From positions 1,024,001 through 1,088,000 of the forward strand of contig CAVZJB010000016.1 in the NCBI GenBank assembly GCA_963775425.1: a stretch of 64,000 bases of DNA, in the 5' to 3' direction. A program made the position numbers and the translations under genes. Numbering within the stretch: position 1 is the stretch's first letter; each line of letters opens with the position of its first letter. Below the pieces are notes generated by a model, which was not told where the DNA came from, made no database searches, and saw only the letters and a list, made by a program, of their open reading frames with translations. Source of the stretch: an uncultured delta proteobacterium. Lineage in GTDB: Bacteria; Myxococcota; UBA727; VGSZ01. Shown here in pieces: positions 29,145-39,203 of this stretch.

Positions 29145-31121
29145 TCAGCCGCCGCAGACGGCGGCGGCGTCGACGGCGCAGTCGGTGGTGTCGACGGAGT
29201 TTCCGGTGTTGGTGAGCGCCGGCGCCGTCGACATCTGCGCCGCCAGCGCGTCGACCATGCACGCGGGGAGCTGCGGGTTCTGTTGAACCACCAGCGTGGT
29301 GGCGGAGCCGAGGTGCGCGAGCCCGTCGACGCTGGTCACGCGGGTGTTCTTGAGCGTCAGCGACGTCACCGACGCCAGACCGCACAGATCGAGGGACGTG
29401 ATGCGCGCGCCGTCGACGACGACGACGGGCGCGGTGGTGAGCGTAGGGAGCGAGAGGTCCGTGACGTCGCTGGTGCCGCCGAAGGTGTCGATGTCGAACA
29501 CGAGCTGGCCGACGTCCTCGAGGGCCGTGAGCTTGGCGAGATCGGCCTGGTCGAGCCCGGTGATGTTGAGGTTTCCGCCGACCGTGGTGAACGCGGACAG
29601 CTCGTCCTCGAGGACGGCCGGGAAGAGGAGGACGTCGCCGTCGACGGAGACGAGCTGGATCAGGCCATGGATGTCGTCGTCGTTGGGCAGGAGGAGCCCG
29701 CCGGCGCCGACGTGGGTGAGGCCGGCGAGGCTCACGCTCGTGAGCAGGTTGTTGGCGGTGATCTCGAGGCCGCCGACGTCCGTGAGCGCGTCGAGGTCGA
29801 GGCTGCCGACGTCGGTGCCGACGTAGTGGAGCGTGCCGTCCACCGTCCGGAGGCTGTGGAGGTCGAACGAGGTGACTGCGCTGTTGTCGTCGGGGACGAC
29901 GCCGACGTTCGGGTCGGTGAAGGCGTTGCCGACGATGCGGAGGTCGCCGGGCCGATAGAAGCCGCTGGCGAGCGCGTCGTCGTAGAACCGGGAGTAGAGC
30001 TGCGACTGGAAGTCGTCGACGGCGTGGATCTGCTCGAGGGCCCCGAAGTCGAGCTGGAGCTCGCTGCCGTTTTTGAGGTTGTCGTTGCTGTCGAGGAGCA
30101 GCGTCCCGGTGCCGGTGAGCACGGGGAACGAGACGCGCGTGAGGACGTCGTTGCCGAAGAGGACGACGGAGCCGCCGATGGTGGTGAGGGCGGGCAGGTT
30201 GAGCGTGGTGAGCTTGTCGGCGTCCTCGAGATCGAAGAAGCCCCCGATGGTCGCGAGCTGGTGCGCGTCGAGGGCGGCGAGGAGCGGGAGCGTGGCGGCG
30301 ACAGCGCCGTCGGCGCTCGGGAAGCTCGGATACTTGTACGTGCTCCAGGCCACGCCGCCGCCGACGTCGTGGAGCGCGGGCACGCTCAGGCTCTGCAGGA
30401 GGGCGAGGGCCTCGACGAAGAAGTCGCCGCCTACGGACGTGAGGGACTCGAGGTCGACGGCGGTGAGATCGGCGTCGCTGTCGACGATGAGGTCGCCGTC
30501 GACGACGGCGAGCTCGGGCATGTCGAGACCGGTGAGCCCGGTGACGCCGATGACATGCAGGTTGCCGTGGACCACGGCGAGCTTCATGGCGGAGACGTCG
30601 TTGAGGGAGACGCCGTCGGCGGTGACGTCGCCGTCGACCTCCTCCACGCCGGCGGCGGCGTCGACGTCGGCCTGGCTCCCGAGCGTGAGGGCCTCGCGCA
30701 GGACCTTCCTGACGTGCACGGTGACGGAGGCGTCGACGATGTCGGTGGTGGCGCCCTGGCACGCGAGCGTGACGACGACGTCGCCCGCGTCCTGGAAGCT
30801 CGCGGTGGCGGAGCCGTTCACGTCGATGGTCTGCCCGGGGAGCGCGTCGAGCCCGCAGGTGAGGGCGTTGTCGGTGCTCCAGGTGAAGGTGACCTCCTCC
30901 TCGCCGGCGTCGCGCACGGCGGCTTTGTCGACGGTGAAGGCGTCGATGGTGGGGGCCGGCGGCGCGTCGCCCGGGAGGCACGCCTTGCTCGCGCTGCAGA
31001 AGTAGCCCGACGGGCACGCGCCGTCGCACGGCAGCCCGAAGGCGGGCGCGTCGCTCGCCGGGATGGGGCAGGCCGCGAGGAGCGCGACCGGCGCGAGCGC
31101 GCCGAGCGCGCGGGCCCTCAT
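29145..31121 (-). CDS. Lipoprotein with Cys-rich N-terminus, Ig-like domain and receptor-L-domain/LRR-like repeats
   Basis: Internal start MRARALGALAPVALLAAC (lipobox) with a GGGGG RBS. Many LxxVGGxLxIxxNxxLxxLxL repeats. Confidence 0.75.
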   Translation of the reverse strand: MRARALGALAPVALLAACPIPASDAPAFGLPCDGACPSGYFCSASKACLPGDAPPAPTIDAFTVDKAAVRDAGEEEVTFTWSTDNALTCGLDALPGQTIDVNGSATASFQDAGDVVVTLACQGATTDIVDASVTVHVRKVLREALTLGSQADVDAAAGVEEVDGDVTADGVSLNDVSAMKLAVVHGNLHVIGVTGLTGLDMPELAVVDGDLIVDSDADLTAVDLESLTSVGGDFFVEALALLQSLSVPALHDVGGGVAWSTYKYPSFPSADGAVAATLPLLAALDAHQLATIGGFFDLEDADKLTTLNLPALTTIGGSVVLFGNDVLTRVSFPVLTGTGTLLLDSNDNLKNGSELQLDFGALEQIHAVDDFQSQLYSRFYDDALASGFYRPGDLRIVGNAFTDPNVGVVPDDNSAVTSFDLHSLRTVDGTLHYVGTDVGSLDLDALTDVGGLEITANNLLTSVSLAGLTHVGAGGLLLPNDDDIHGLIQLVSVDGDVLLFPAVLEDELSAFTTVGGNLNITGLDQADLAKLTALEDVGQLVFDIDTFGGTSDVTDLSLPTLTTAPVVVVDGARITSLDLCGLASVTSLTLKNTRVTSVDGLAHLGSATTLVVQQNPQLPACMVDALAAQMSTAPALTNTGNSVDTTDCAVDAAAVCGG

Positions 31122-32087
31122 GGCGCACCCCCTTGCGTCGTCGGGGGCGTCGTCGTTTGGGGGCGGTGTCGAGGACGCGGCATCGGGCGACGAGAGGGCC
31201 CACACGACGCCCCAGACGGCGACGGGCACACCGATGGCGGCGACTGCGGCGCCCGCGTCGACCGCGATGCTGCCCGCGGCGTTCCAGGTCTGGCGCGCGT
31301 CGGCGAGGTCCTGCTGCGCGGTCTGGGCCGCGGCGAGCGTAGAGGGATCCTTGGCGAAGCCGGCCTCGGCGGCGGCCACGCGACCCTTGGCGTCACCGTA
31401 TTGAAACAGCGGCACGAGGCCGACGCCGACGAGCGCGAGCCCGACGAGAGTGGCAACGCCGCCGCCGCCGGCCACCACCCACGGCAGCGCCCCCGGCCCC
31501 TGCGCCACCGGCGCGCGCTGCTCTTCTTCCTTCTCCGGCGCGAGCGGCGGCAGGACCAGGCCATGCTCCTCGTAGAAGCGGCCGATCAGCTCGTGGAGCT
31601 TGGGGCGCAGCTTTTTGGGGATGCGCTTGACGTCTTCGGCCTGCACGATGACGCGGCCGAGGCCGACGGCCTTTTGCGAGTCGAAGAGGTTGAGGTTCAA
31701 GACGAGCGCGTCGCCGAGCGTGCCGACGTTACCGAAGACCACGAGCTGCGCGCCCAGGGCGTCGGCTATCTCGGCGAGGCACGATGCGTCCTCGCTGCAG
31801 CCCATGCTCGAGCGATCGGCCTCGAGCTGCACAAGCTGCTTGAGGTCGTCGCCGGAGACGACGTCGAGCGCGGCGTACTGCGACAGCCCCGTGGCAACGA
31901 GCCCCTGCAGCGTGGTCACGATGGAGGCGTCGACGTCGTTCGCCTTCAGGTCGAGCACCAGCAGGCGGTAGCGCGCGGCGGCCTTGTCCGTCGCGGGCGG
32001 CGCCGCAGCCGTCGCGGGCGGCGTCGGGGGATCGGCGAGCGCAGCGGCGGACGCGAACGCGACGAGCGTGAGGGCGGCGAGGCGCAT
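31118..32087 (-). CDS. Secreted/membrane hypothetical protein; appears fused in frame to the downstream gene, probably through a 1-bp indel
   Basis: Signal peptide, CSEDASCLAEIADALGAQLVVFG domain and C-terminal TM helices. Removing one base from the G5 run at 31159-31163 gives ...QTTTPPTTQGGAP* ending in an ATGA overlap. Confidence 0.65.
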
Positions 32088-32153
32088 GGTGCCCATTGCT
32101 AGCACAGGCCCCGCGCGCCGGCCGCGGCGACGGGGCGCGGCGCGGGACGGGGC

Positions 32154-32906
32154 TCAGCGGGCGCACGTCGACGGCGGGGCGATCATCCCCGGGACCGCCG
32201 CGCGCAGGGCGTCGCCCGAGACGCTCCACGTCTCCACGGGCGCGCAGACGTCGAGCTCGTGCGGCACGGAGAAGTCGTGGACGAACGTCGCTCCCGACGA
32301 CGTCACCACGCTGCGCGCCAGCGTGGCCGCGACGTCGGCGTCGCTGAAGCTGGCGTCGAGCGCTTCGAGCATCGGGCCGCAGTCGGGGTCGCCTTCGGCG
32401 CGCAACTCGTCGATCGCGGCTTTGGCCCTGGCCGAGAGGAGCCCCGCCAGCGCAGGGCGCGACGCCGGCGGGAAGAACGCGGCGGCGTCGACGCGGGCGC
32501 CGGTGCGCGCGTCGACGGCGGCGAGCACCGTGACGGCGTCCTCGTGGGCGTGTCGGTAGGCGACCTCGAGGTCGACGACGAAAAACGGCCCCGCGGCGCG
32601 CACCGTCGTGGCGACGTCCTCGAGGCGGAAGGACGAGGCGCCGGCGCCGGTGGGCCACAGCCCGTCGAGGAGCGCCTCGGGGGCGAGCGTCTCCTTCGCG
32701 CGCGCGAGCGCGGCGACGCCACGGGCGGAGCGCGCGTACGCCACCGGGAGCGCGACGGCGCCGTCGGCGTCGGCCCGCACGCGCTCGACGCGCAGCTCGA
32801 GCCCGCACGCGCTCGCGCCGCCGCCGGCCGGGGGCGACGACGGGGCGCGGGGCGCGAGCGGGGCCGCCGCGGGGACGACGGCGGCGGCGAGGAGGAGCGG
32901 GAGCAT
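32154..32906 (-). CDS. Secreted hypothetical protein (weak DUF3298/DUF4163-like)
   Basis: Signal peptide. AHE...AVDARTGARVDAAAFF resembles the AHP...FDLxTGxxLxLxDLF motif. Confidence 0.55.
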   Translation of the reverse strand: MLPLLLAAAVVPAAAPLAPRAPSSPPAGGGASACGLELRVERVRADADGAVALPVAYARSARGVAALARAKETLAPEALLDGLWPTGAGASSFRLEDVATTVRAAGPFFVVDLEVAYRHAHEDAVTVLAAVDARTGARVDAAAFFPPASRPALAGLLSARAKAAIDELRAEGDPDCGPMLEALDASFSDADVAATLARSVVTSSGATFVHDFSVPHELDVCAPVETWSVSGDALRAAVPGMIAPPSTCAR

Positions 32907-32969
32907 GCCGGCCGAACCAGCGGCGGCGCCCCGTGATTTCCGGAGGGAGCGGCCGCGCACCTGCGCCGA

Positions 32970-33704
32970 TCACGGGAGCGTCGGGCGGCGCGCGCCGGGG
33001 TCGACGGCGGGGAGCTTGGCGTCGGGGGCCCGGCAGTAGTCGGGCACGAGGGAGTCGAGCTCGTCGACGACGCCCCCCGCGATGCGCGCCGCGAGCGCGC
33101 GCGCCAGGCCCTCGGCGGTGGGCCCGGGGACGCGAACGAGCGCGGCGCCCTCGACGTCATCGACGCCGTAACCCGCGACGAACGCCAAGGAGGCCGCCCG
33201 CGCCCGAGCGTCCGCGGGCGACACCGGCCGCGGCGGCTCCAGCGGGCGCACGCTCCACGGCCCGGGGTCGCTCGAGCCGCCGCCGGCGGGGCCCGCCTCG
33301 ACGAGCTGCGCGTAGACCTCGCCGCGCTTGGCGTCGACGACGACGAGGCCACGGCCGGCGGGGAGCGCGGCGCTGCAGGCGATCGCGACGAGCGTCGGGA
33401 CGCCCACGAGCGGGATGCCGCGGCCGAGGCAGAGGCCCTTGGCGGTGGCGATCCCGGTGCGCACGCCGATGAAGGATCCGGGGCCGACGCCGACGCCGAC
33501 GCCGGCAATCTCGTCGAGGCCGACCCCCGCCGCGAGCAGCGCGCGATCGATGGCGTCGACGAGGCCCTCGGCGTGTCGACGCGTCTCCGACAAGCGATGC
33601 TCCGCGAGCACGCCGGTGCCGCGCACCACACCGACCCCGGCGATGGGCGTCGCCGTGTCGAGCACGAGCCACGACGCGCCCGGCGACGACGCGACGCTGC
33701 TCAC
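32970..33704 (-). CDS. tsaB: tRNA threonylcarbamoyladenosine biosynthesis protein TsaB
   Basis: LVLDTAT, HAEGL, GVGPGSFIGVRTGIATAKGL, DAKRGEVY and LVPDYCR. Confidence 0.93.
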   Translation of the reverse strand: MSSVASSPGASWLVLDTATPIAGVGVVRGTGVLAEHRLSETRRHAEGLVDAIDRALLAAGVGLDEIAGVGVGVGPGSFIGVRTGIATAKGLCLGRGIPLVGVPTLVAIACSAALPAGRGLVVVDAKRGEVYAQLVEAGPAGGGSSDPGPWSVRPLEPPRPVSPADARARAASLAFVAGYGVDDVEGAALVRVPGPTAEGLARALAARIAGGVVDELDSLVPDYCRAPDAKLPAVDPGARRPTLP

Positions 33705-33789
33705 CGCTCCCCCACGACGCCCGCGCTCGCGTCTCCCGCAGCGACGGACGAGCCGCCGCGCCACGCGGAAGCCGCGCGCCCTCGATCGC

Positions 33790-35572
33790 TCACGCCGAGC
33801 GCCTCTTCCGTGCGCCCTTCTCGGTCTTCCGGCTGCGCCCGTGCGAGAGCATCTCCTCGGCGTGACGGCGCGTGGCCGTGGTGATCACCTTGCCGCCGAG
33901 CATGCGGGAGAGCTCCTCGACGCGCGCGCCGTCGGCGAGCTTCCGCACGCGGGAGACGGTGCGCCCCCCCTCGACGGCCTTCTCGGCCACGAGGTGGTGA
34001 TCGGCCTTGGCCGCGATCTGCGGCAGATGCGAGATGACCAGCACCTGTCGCCCCTCCGCGATCGCTTGCAGCTTCTCCGCGATGGCCTCGCCGACGGCGC
34101 CGCCGACGCCGGCGTCGACCTCGTCAAAGATGCTCACCGGCACCGGGTCCTTCACGAGCAGCGCGCGCTTCACCGCGAGCAGCACGCGCGACAGCTCGCC
34201 GCCCGACGCCACCTTGGCCAGCGACGCGAGCGCCTCGCCCTGGTTCGCCGAGAACAGCACCTCGACGCGGTCCGATCCGCGCGCCGTCAGCGCCACGCCG
34301 CCGCCGCCCGACACCGCCGCGCGCGACAAGAGCGCGTCCGCCGGCGCCGGCGCCGGCTCCACCCGCACCGCCAGCGACGCCGCAGGCATCCCCAACGCCG
34401 ACAGCTCCGCCTGCACCGCCTGCGCGAGCTTCTTGCCGGCCGCTTTGCGGCGCGCGCTCAGCTTGTCGGCGACGACGACGGCGCGCTCGAGGGCTGCGGC
34501 GAGCTCGACCTCGAGCTGGTCGATGCGCTCCGACGCTCCCTCGAGCGAGACGCGCTCCACGGCCAGCGCGTCCCGCGCGCGCAAGACGCCGGCGAGGTCT
34601 CCGCCGTGCTTCTTCATCAAGCGCTTCAGGGCGTCGAGGCGATCGTCCAGGGCCTGCAAGCGCTCGGGGTCCGCCTCGACGTCGTCGAGCCGCGACAGGG
34701 TGCGGCCGACGTCGTCCACGAGGGCGACGGCTTCTTCGAGCGAGCGGCACAGCGGCGAAAGCTCGACGTCGTCACGGGCCGCGCGCTGAAGCGCGGCGAG
34801 GCCCCGCTGGAGCACCGTCAGCGCGTCGCCCGCGCCGTCGGTGAGCAGGTCCTTCGCTTCCGCCACCGACGCGCGCAGCGACTCCGCGTTCTTGAGCTTG
34901 CGCTGCTCGGCGACGAGCTGCTCGTCCTCTCCCGCCACCGGCGCGAGCTGCTCAATCTCGTCGAGGTAGAAGCGGATGACGTCGAGCCGGCGCCCCTTCT
35001 CCGCGTTGCGCTCGCGCAGATCCTCGAGCTCGACGGCGAGCGCGCGCGCGCGGCCGTGCGCCGCCGCCATCTCTTCGAGGAGGGCCTCCTGGCCGCCGAA
35101 GGCGTCGAGCAACACCTCCTGCGCGCCCTGCCGCAGCAGCGCCTGGTGCGCGTGCTGCCCGGTGAAGTCCACCAACGGCTCGGCCACCGCCTTGAGCTGC
35201 GCCACGGTGGCGAGCGCGCCGTTCACGAACTGGCGGTGCCGCCCCTCGCGCGAGATCACGCGCCTGCAGCACGAGCGCTCCCTCGCCCGTGCGTGAGCGC
35301 TCCAGGGGCGGCAGGCCCGAGTCCTCGAGGATGCGCGCGACCTCCTTGAGGTCCGCGCCGGCGAGCTGGAGCTGCGCCTGCACCACGCCCTCGCTCGCGC
35401 CCTGCCGCACGCTGTCCGCCGACGCGCGCGCTCCGAGGAGGAGCAGGAGGGCCTCGACGAGGATGGACTTGCCCGCGCCGGTCTCTCCGGTGAGCACGGT
35501 CAGCCCGGGCTGCAGGGCGAGCTCGACATGGTCGATGAGCGCAATGTCCGTGACCGAGACGTGGACGAGCAT
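33790..35572 (-). CDS. recN: DNA repair protein RecN, split by a single frameshift near 35265
   Basis: N-terminal ORF has LTGETGAGKS. C-terminal ORF has GQH, ASGGELSR, FDEVDAGVGG and ISHLPQIAA. The frames join at ...LVLQ/RVISREGR. Confidence 0.9.
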
Positions 35573-35646
35573 GGCGGTGCTTCTCCCAGAAGAACATCCG
35601 CAAAACCAGCCGGGAATTTGCGAACGCGGATCCGCCGCGCGCGAAG

Positions 35647-35943
35647 GTGACGGGCGATCTGATCCATCGGGTACGCGCGCGGGACAACGGGCTCGGACGC
35701 CGCCCCGATGCTCAACGCTCGGGCTATCCGGAGCACGATCACGTAAAGGACGGCCAGGAGGAGGTCTACGCCGTCGTCGCCGGCGCCGCCCGCCTCGTCA
35801 TGGGGGACGAGGAGCTCTCGCGCACGGCGGGGACCCTCGTCCGCGTGCCGCCGCACGTGAAGCGCAAGTGGATCACCGGCGACGAGGGCGTCACGCTCCT
35901 CGCGGTCGGGGCTACGCCGGGCAAGCCCTACCCGGCGCCTTGA
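35647..35943 (+). CDS. Cupin-domain protein; N-terminus truncated or garbled
   Basis: YPEHDH...QEEVYAVVAG...GTLVRVPPHVKR cupin motifs. The 5' part has atypical codon usage. Confidence 0.6.
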   Translation: MTGDLIHRVRARDNGLGRRPDAQRSGYPEHDHVKDGQEEVYAVVAGAARLVMGDEELSRTAGTLVRVPPHVKRKWITGDEGVTLLAVGATPGKPYPAP

Positions 35944-36005
35944 GCCCCGCGCTCGAAGCGCGGCCACGGGTTGCGCGCGGGGCGGCCGTCCGTTCCACTG
36001 TCGCC

Positions 36006-38450
36006 GTGGCCCTGCCCATCGACGATGTCCTGCCGGAGCTCGTAGACGCGTTGCGCGGCTCGAGCGCCGCCGTGCTCCAGGCGCCCCCCGGGGCGGGCAA
36101 GACCACGCGCGTCCCGCTCGCGCTGCTCGACGTCGTCCCGCGCGGGCAGATGTGGTGCTCGAGCCGCGGCGCGTGGCGGCGCGGGCGGCGGCGCGGCAGC
36201 TCGCGAAGAACGCGGGGGCCAGGCTCGGCGAGCTCGTCGGCTACCAGGTGCGCTTCGAGAACGTCTCGTCGAAGAGCACGCGCGATCCTCGTCGTCACCG
36301 AGGGCATCCTCTCGCGCCGCTTCCTGCGCGACGCCACGCTCGACGGCATCTCCTGCGTCGTCCTCGACGAATTCCACGAGCGCTCGGTGCACACCAATCT
36401 CGCGCTCGCGTTCACCCGCGAGCTCCTCGAGGTGCGCGACGACCTCAAGCTCGTCGTGATGTCCGCGACGCTCGACGCCGCCGCCGTCGCCGAATACCTC
36501 GGTGCGGGCGAGAGCCCATGTCCGGTGATCACCAGCGCGGGGCGCCCGTTCCCCGTCGACGTCCGCCACGTCGACAAGCGCGACGAGCGTCCCCTCGACG
36601 AGCGAGTCGCCGGCGCGGTGCGCACGATGCTCAAGGACACCGCCACCGACGGCGGCGACGTGCTCGCGTTCCTCCCCGGCGCGCCCGAGATCCGCCGGGT
36701 GCACGAGCGCCTCGCGCAAGACGGCGGCCCCGCGGCCGGCTTCGACGTCGTCGACCTCTACGGCGCCCTGCCCCCGGCCGAGCAGGACCGCGCGCTCGCG
36801 CCTTCGGCCGGGCGGCGGCGCGTGATCCTGGCGACCAACGTCGCGGAGACGTCGGTCACCATCGACGGCGTCACCGGCGTCGTCGACAGCGGCCTCATGA
36901 AGCGCGCCGCCCACGACCCCGTCACCGATCGCGAGCGCCTCGAGACCGTGCGCATCTCCGTCGCCTCCGCCGATCAACGCGCGGGGCGCGCGGGGCGCAC
37001 GCGCCCGGGAAAGTGCCTGCGGCTGTGGACGCAGACGGAGCACACCACGCTCGAGGCTTCGCACGCGCCGGAGATCGCCCGCGTCGACCTCGCGCGCGTC
37101 CTCCTCGACGTGCTCGCGTTCCACCCGGGCGATCCGCGCGCCTTCCCCTTCTTCGAGGCGCCGTCGACGGCGCGCATCGAGCGCGCGCTCGACTTGTTGC
37201 GCATGCTCGGCGCCGTCGAGGGGCCGCGCGCGACAGCCGGGCCCGCCCCGGCACCGGGGGCACGCGAGGCGGGCGTCGACGTCAGGCTCACGGAGCGCGG
37301 GCGGGCGCTCGCGGCGCTGCCGCTGCACCCGCGCACGGGATCGATGCTGCTCGCGGGCGCCTTCGACGTCGAGGAGGTCTGCCGCGCGGCCGCGGTCCTC
37401 GAGGACGATCGCGCCTGGCCGCGCGAGCAAGCGCGCCACTCCACGGACTCCGACCTCCTCGCGCTCCTCGACGATCTCCCCCGGCACGCCCGCGGCGACG
37501 TCGAGCGCGGGGCCCGCGACCTCGCGCGCTTCGCCCGGGCGGGCACGCGCACGCTCACCGAGGCGCTGCTCGCCGGCTACCCCGATCGGCTCTGCCGCCG
37601 GCGGCGCCCCGGGCAACCGGAGGCGCTGATGACCGGCGGCCGCGGCGTCACGCTCGCGCGCGAGAGCGGCGTCGACGCCGACGTCTTCCTCGCGCTCGCC
37701 CTCGAGGGCACCGGCGCCGCCGCCCGCGTTCGCGTCGCCCACGCCGTGAAGCTCTCGGAGCTCGACGTCATCGTGCGCGACGAGGCCGTGTTCGACGAGG
37801 ACAAGCTCATCGGCGTACGCCGCACCTACGCAGGCGACCTCGTCGTCGACGAGAAGCGTGGTATCGCCGTCTCCGCCGCCGCCGCCGCCGCCGCGCTCGC
37901 GGAGCACGTCGCGCGCGACGTCGAGCGCTATGTGAAGCTCGACGACGCCCGCCTGCGCTTCGCCCGCCGCGCCATGCCGGAGGAGCCGTGGCCCGACGTC
38001 GACGTCGGCGCCCTCGTCGCCGAGGCGTGCGCGGGCAAGCGCACGCTCGCGGAGGTGCAGGCGGTGGACTTCGGCGCGCTCCTGTTGTCGAAGCTGCCGT
38101 GGGCGCAGCGCAAGCTCCTCGACGAGCAAGCGCCGCCGCGCCTCGAGGTGCCCACGGGCAACATGATCAGCGTCGACTACGGCGGCGCCGAGCCCGTGCT
38201 CGCCGTGCGTTTGCAGGAGCTGTTCGGCCTCACGGAGACCCCGCGCATCGCCAAGGGGCGCGTCCCGGTGGTGCTCCACCTGCTGTCACCGGGCCACAAG
38301 CCCGTCCAGGTCACCACGGATCTCGCGAGCTTCTGGCGGACGACGTATGCCGACGTGAAGAAGGAATTGCGCGCGCGCTACCCGAAGCACGCGTGGCCCG
38401 ACGACCCGCTGACGGCGCCGCCGACGGCGCGGGCGCGACGGAGGCGATGA
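36006..38450 (+). CDS. hrpB: ATP-dependent DEAH helicase HrpB, with two compensating frameshifts (~36152 and ~36284)
   Basis: APPGAGKTT, LEPRRVAAR (in the alternate frame), DEFHER, MSAT, ATNVAETS, QRAGRAGR and the C-terminal LSPGHKPVQVTTDLASFW...YPKHAWP. Confidence 0.93.
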   Translation: MALPIDDVLPELVDALRGSSAAVLQAPPGAGKTTRVPLALLDVVPRGQMWCSSRGAWRRGRRRGSSRRTRGPGSASSSATRCASRTSRRRARAILVVTEGILSRRFLRDATLDGISCVVLDEFHERSVHTNLALAFTRELLEVRDDLKLVVMSATLDAAAVAEYLGAGESPCPVITSAGRPFPVDVRHVDKRDERPLDERVAGAVRTMLKDTATDGGDVLAFLPGAPEIRRVHERLAQDGGPAAGFDVVDLYGALPPAEQDRALAPSAGRRRVILATNVAETSVTIDGVTGVVDSGLMKRAAHDPVTDRERLETVRISVASADQRAGRAGRTRPGKCLRLWTQTEHTTLEASHAPEIARVDLARVLLDVLAFHPGDPRAFPFFEAPSTARIERALDLLRMLGAVEGPRATAGPAPAPGAREAGVDVRLTERGRALAALPLHPRTGSMLLAGAFDVEEVCRAAAVLEDDRAWPREQARHSTDSDLLALLDDLPRHARGDVERGARDLARFARAGTRTLTEALLAGYPDRLCRRRRPGQPEALMTGGRGVTLARESGVDADVFLALALEGTGAAARVRVAHAVKLSELDVIVRDEAVFDEDKLIGVRRTYAGDLVVDEKRGIAVSAAAAAAALAEHVARDVERYVKLDDARLRFARRAMPEEPWPDVDVGALVAEACAGKRTLAEVQAVDFGALLLSKLPWAQRKLLDEQAPPRLEVPTGNMISVDYGGAEPVLAVRLQELFGLTETPRIAKGRVPVVLHLLSPGHKPVQVTTDLASFWRTTYADVKKELRARYPKHAWPDDPLTAPPTARARRRR

Positions 38451-39139
38451 TGTGCGGCCGGTACAAGATCTCCACCAAGGCGCCGCAGATCATGGCGGCG
38501 TTCGACGTCGACGACGCCGACGACTACAGCCCGTCCGAGCGCTACAACGTCGCGCCCACGGACCCGGTGCCGTGCATCCGCGTCGAGGACGGCAAGCGCA
38601 AGCTCGTGCCGCTGCGCTGGGGCCTGTTGCCGTTTTGGGCGAAGTCCAGGTCCGAGGGCGCGCGCATGATCAACGCGCGCGTGGAGTCGGTGATGCAAAA
38701 GAACGCCTTCAAGGAGGCGTTCGAGAAGCGGCGCTGCCTCGTCGTCAGCGACGGCTTCTACGAGTGGCTCGGCAAGGGCAAGGAGAAGCAGCCGTACCTG
38801 CTGTGCTTCGAGGACCGCCACGTGTTCGCGTACGCGGGGCTGTGGGCGCGGTGGCGCTCCGCCGACCGCACGGAGACCATCGAGACGTGCTCGATCCTGA
38901 CGGCGCCGCCCAACGCCGTCGCCGCCCGCGTCCACGATCGCATGCCGATCATCCTCGACCCCGCGGTCGACGGGGAGCGCGTCGCCGCCTGGCTCGACGT
39001 CGAGCGCACCGTGGACCTCGAGGCGCTCGCGCAGCCGCGCGAGCTCCAAGGCTTCACGGCGTTCCCCGTCGACAAGCGCGTGGGCAACGTGAGGAACGAC
39101 GAGCCCTCGTTGGCCGAGCCCTTGCCCACGCTGCTGTGA
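38450..39139 (+). CDS. SOS response-associated peptidase (SRAP/YedK/HMCES abasic-site crosslinking protein)
   Basis: MCGRY, YNVAPT, RWGL, INARVE, GFYEW and HDRMP. Confidence 0.95.
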   Translation: MCGRYKISTKAPQIMAAFDVDDADDYSPSERYNVAPTDPVPCIRVEDGKRKLVPLRWGLLPFWAKSRSEGARMINARVESVMQKNAFKEAFEKRRCLVVSDGFYEWLGKGKEKQPYLLCFEDRHVFAYAGLWARWRSADRTETIETCSILTAPPNAVAARVHDRMPIILDPAVDGERVAAWLDVERTVDLEALAQPRELQGFTAFPVDKRVGNVRNDEPSLAEPLPTLL

Positions 39140-39203
39140 CGGGGCCGCGCCCCCGCCGTCGCGCGCGGTTGGCGGCGTCGCCCGGGGCCGCTACACCGCC
39201 GCG

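Noticed and set aside
35255-36290. Programmed frameshifting in recN or hrpB
   Set aside because: There are no slippery heptamers, and the clustered, compensating indels fit sequencing error better.
36006-38450. hrpB as part of the type III secretion system
   Set aside because: This is a name coincidence. The gene is the DEAH helicase HrpB, unrelated to Hrp secretion genes.
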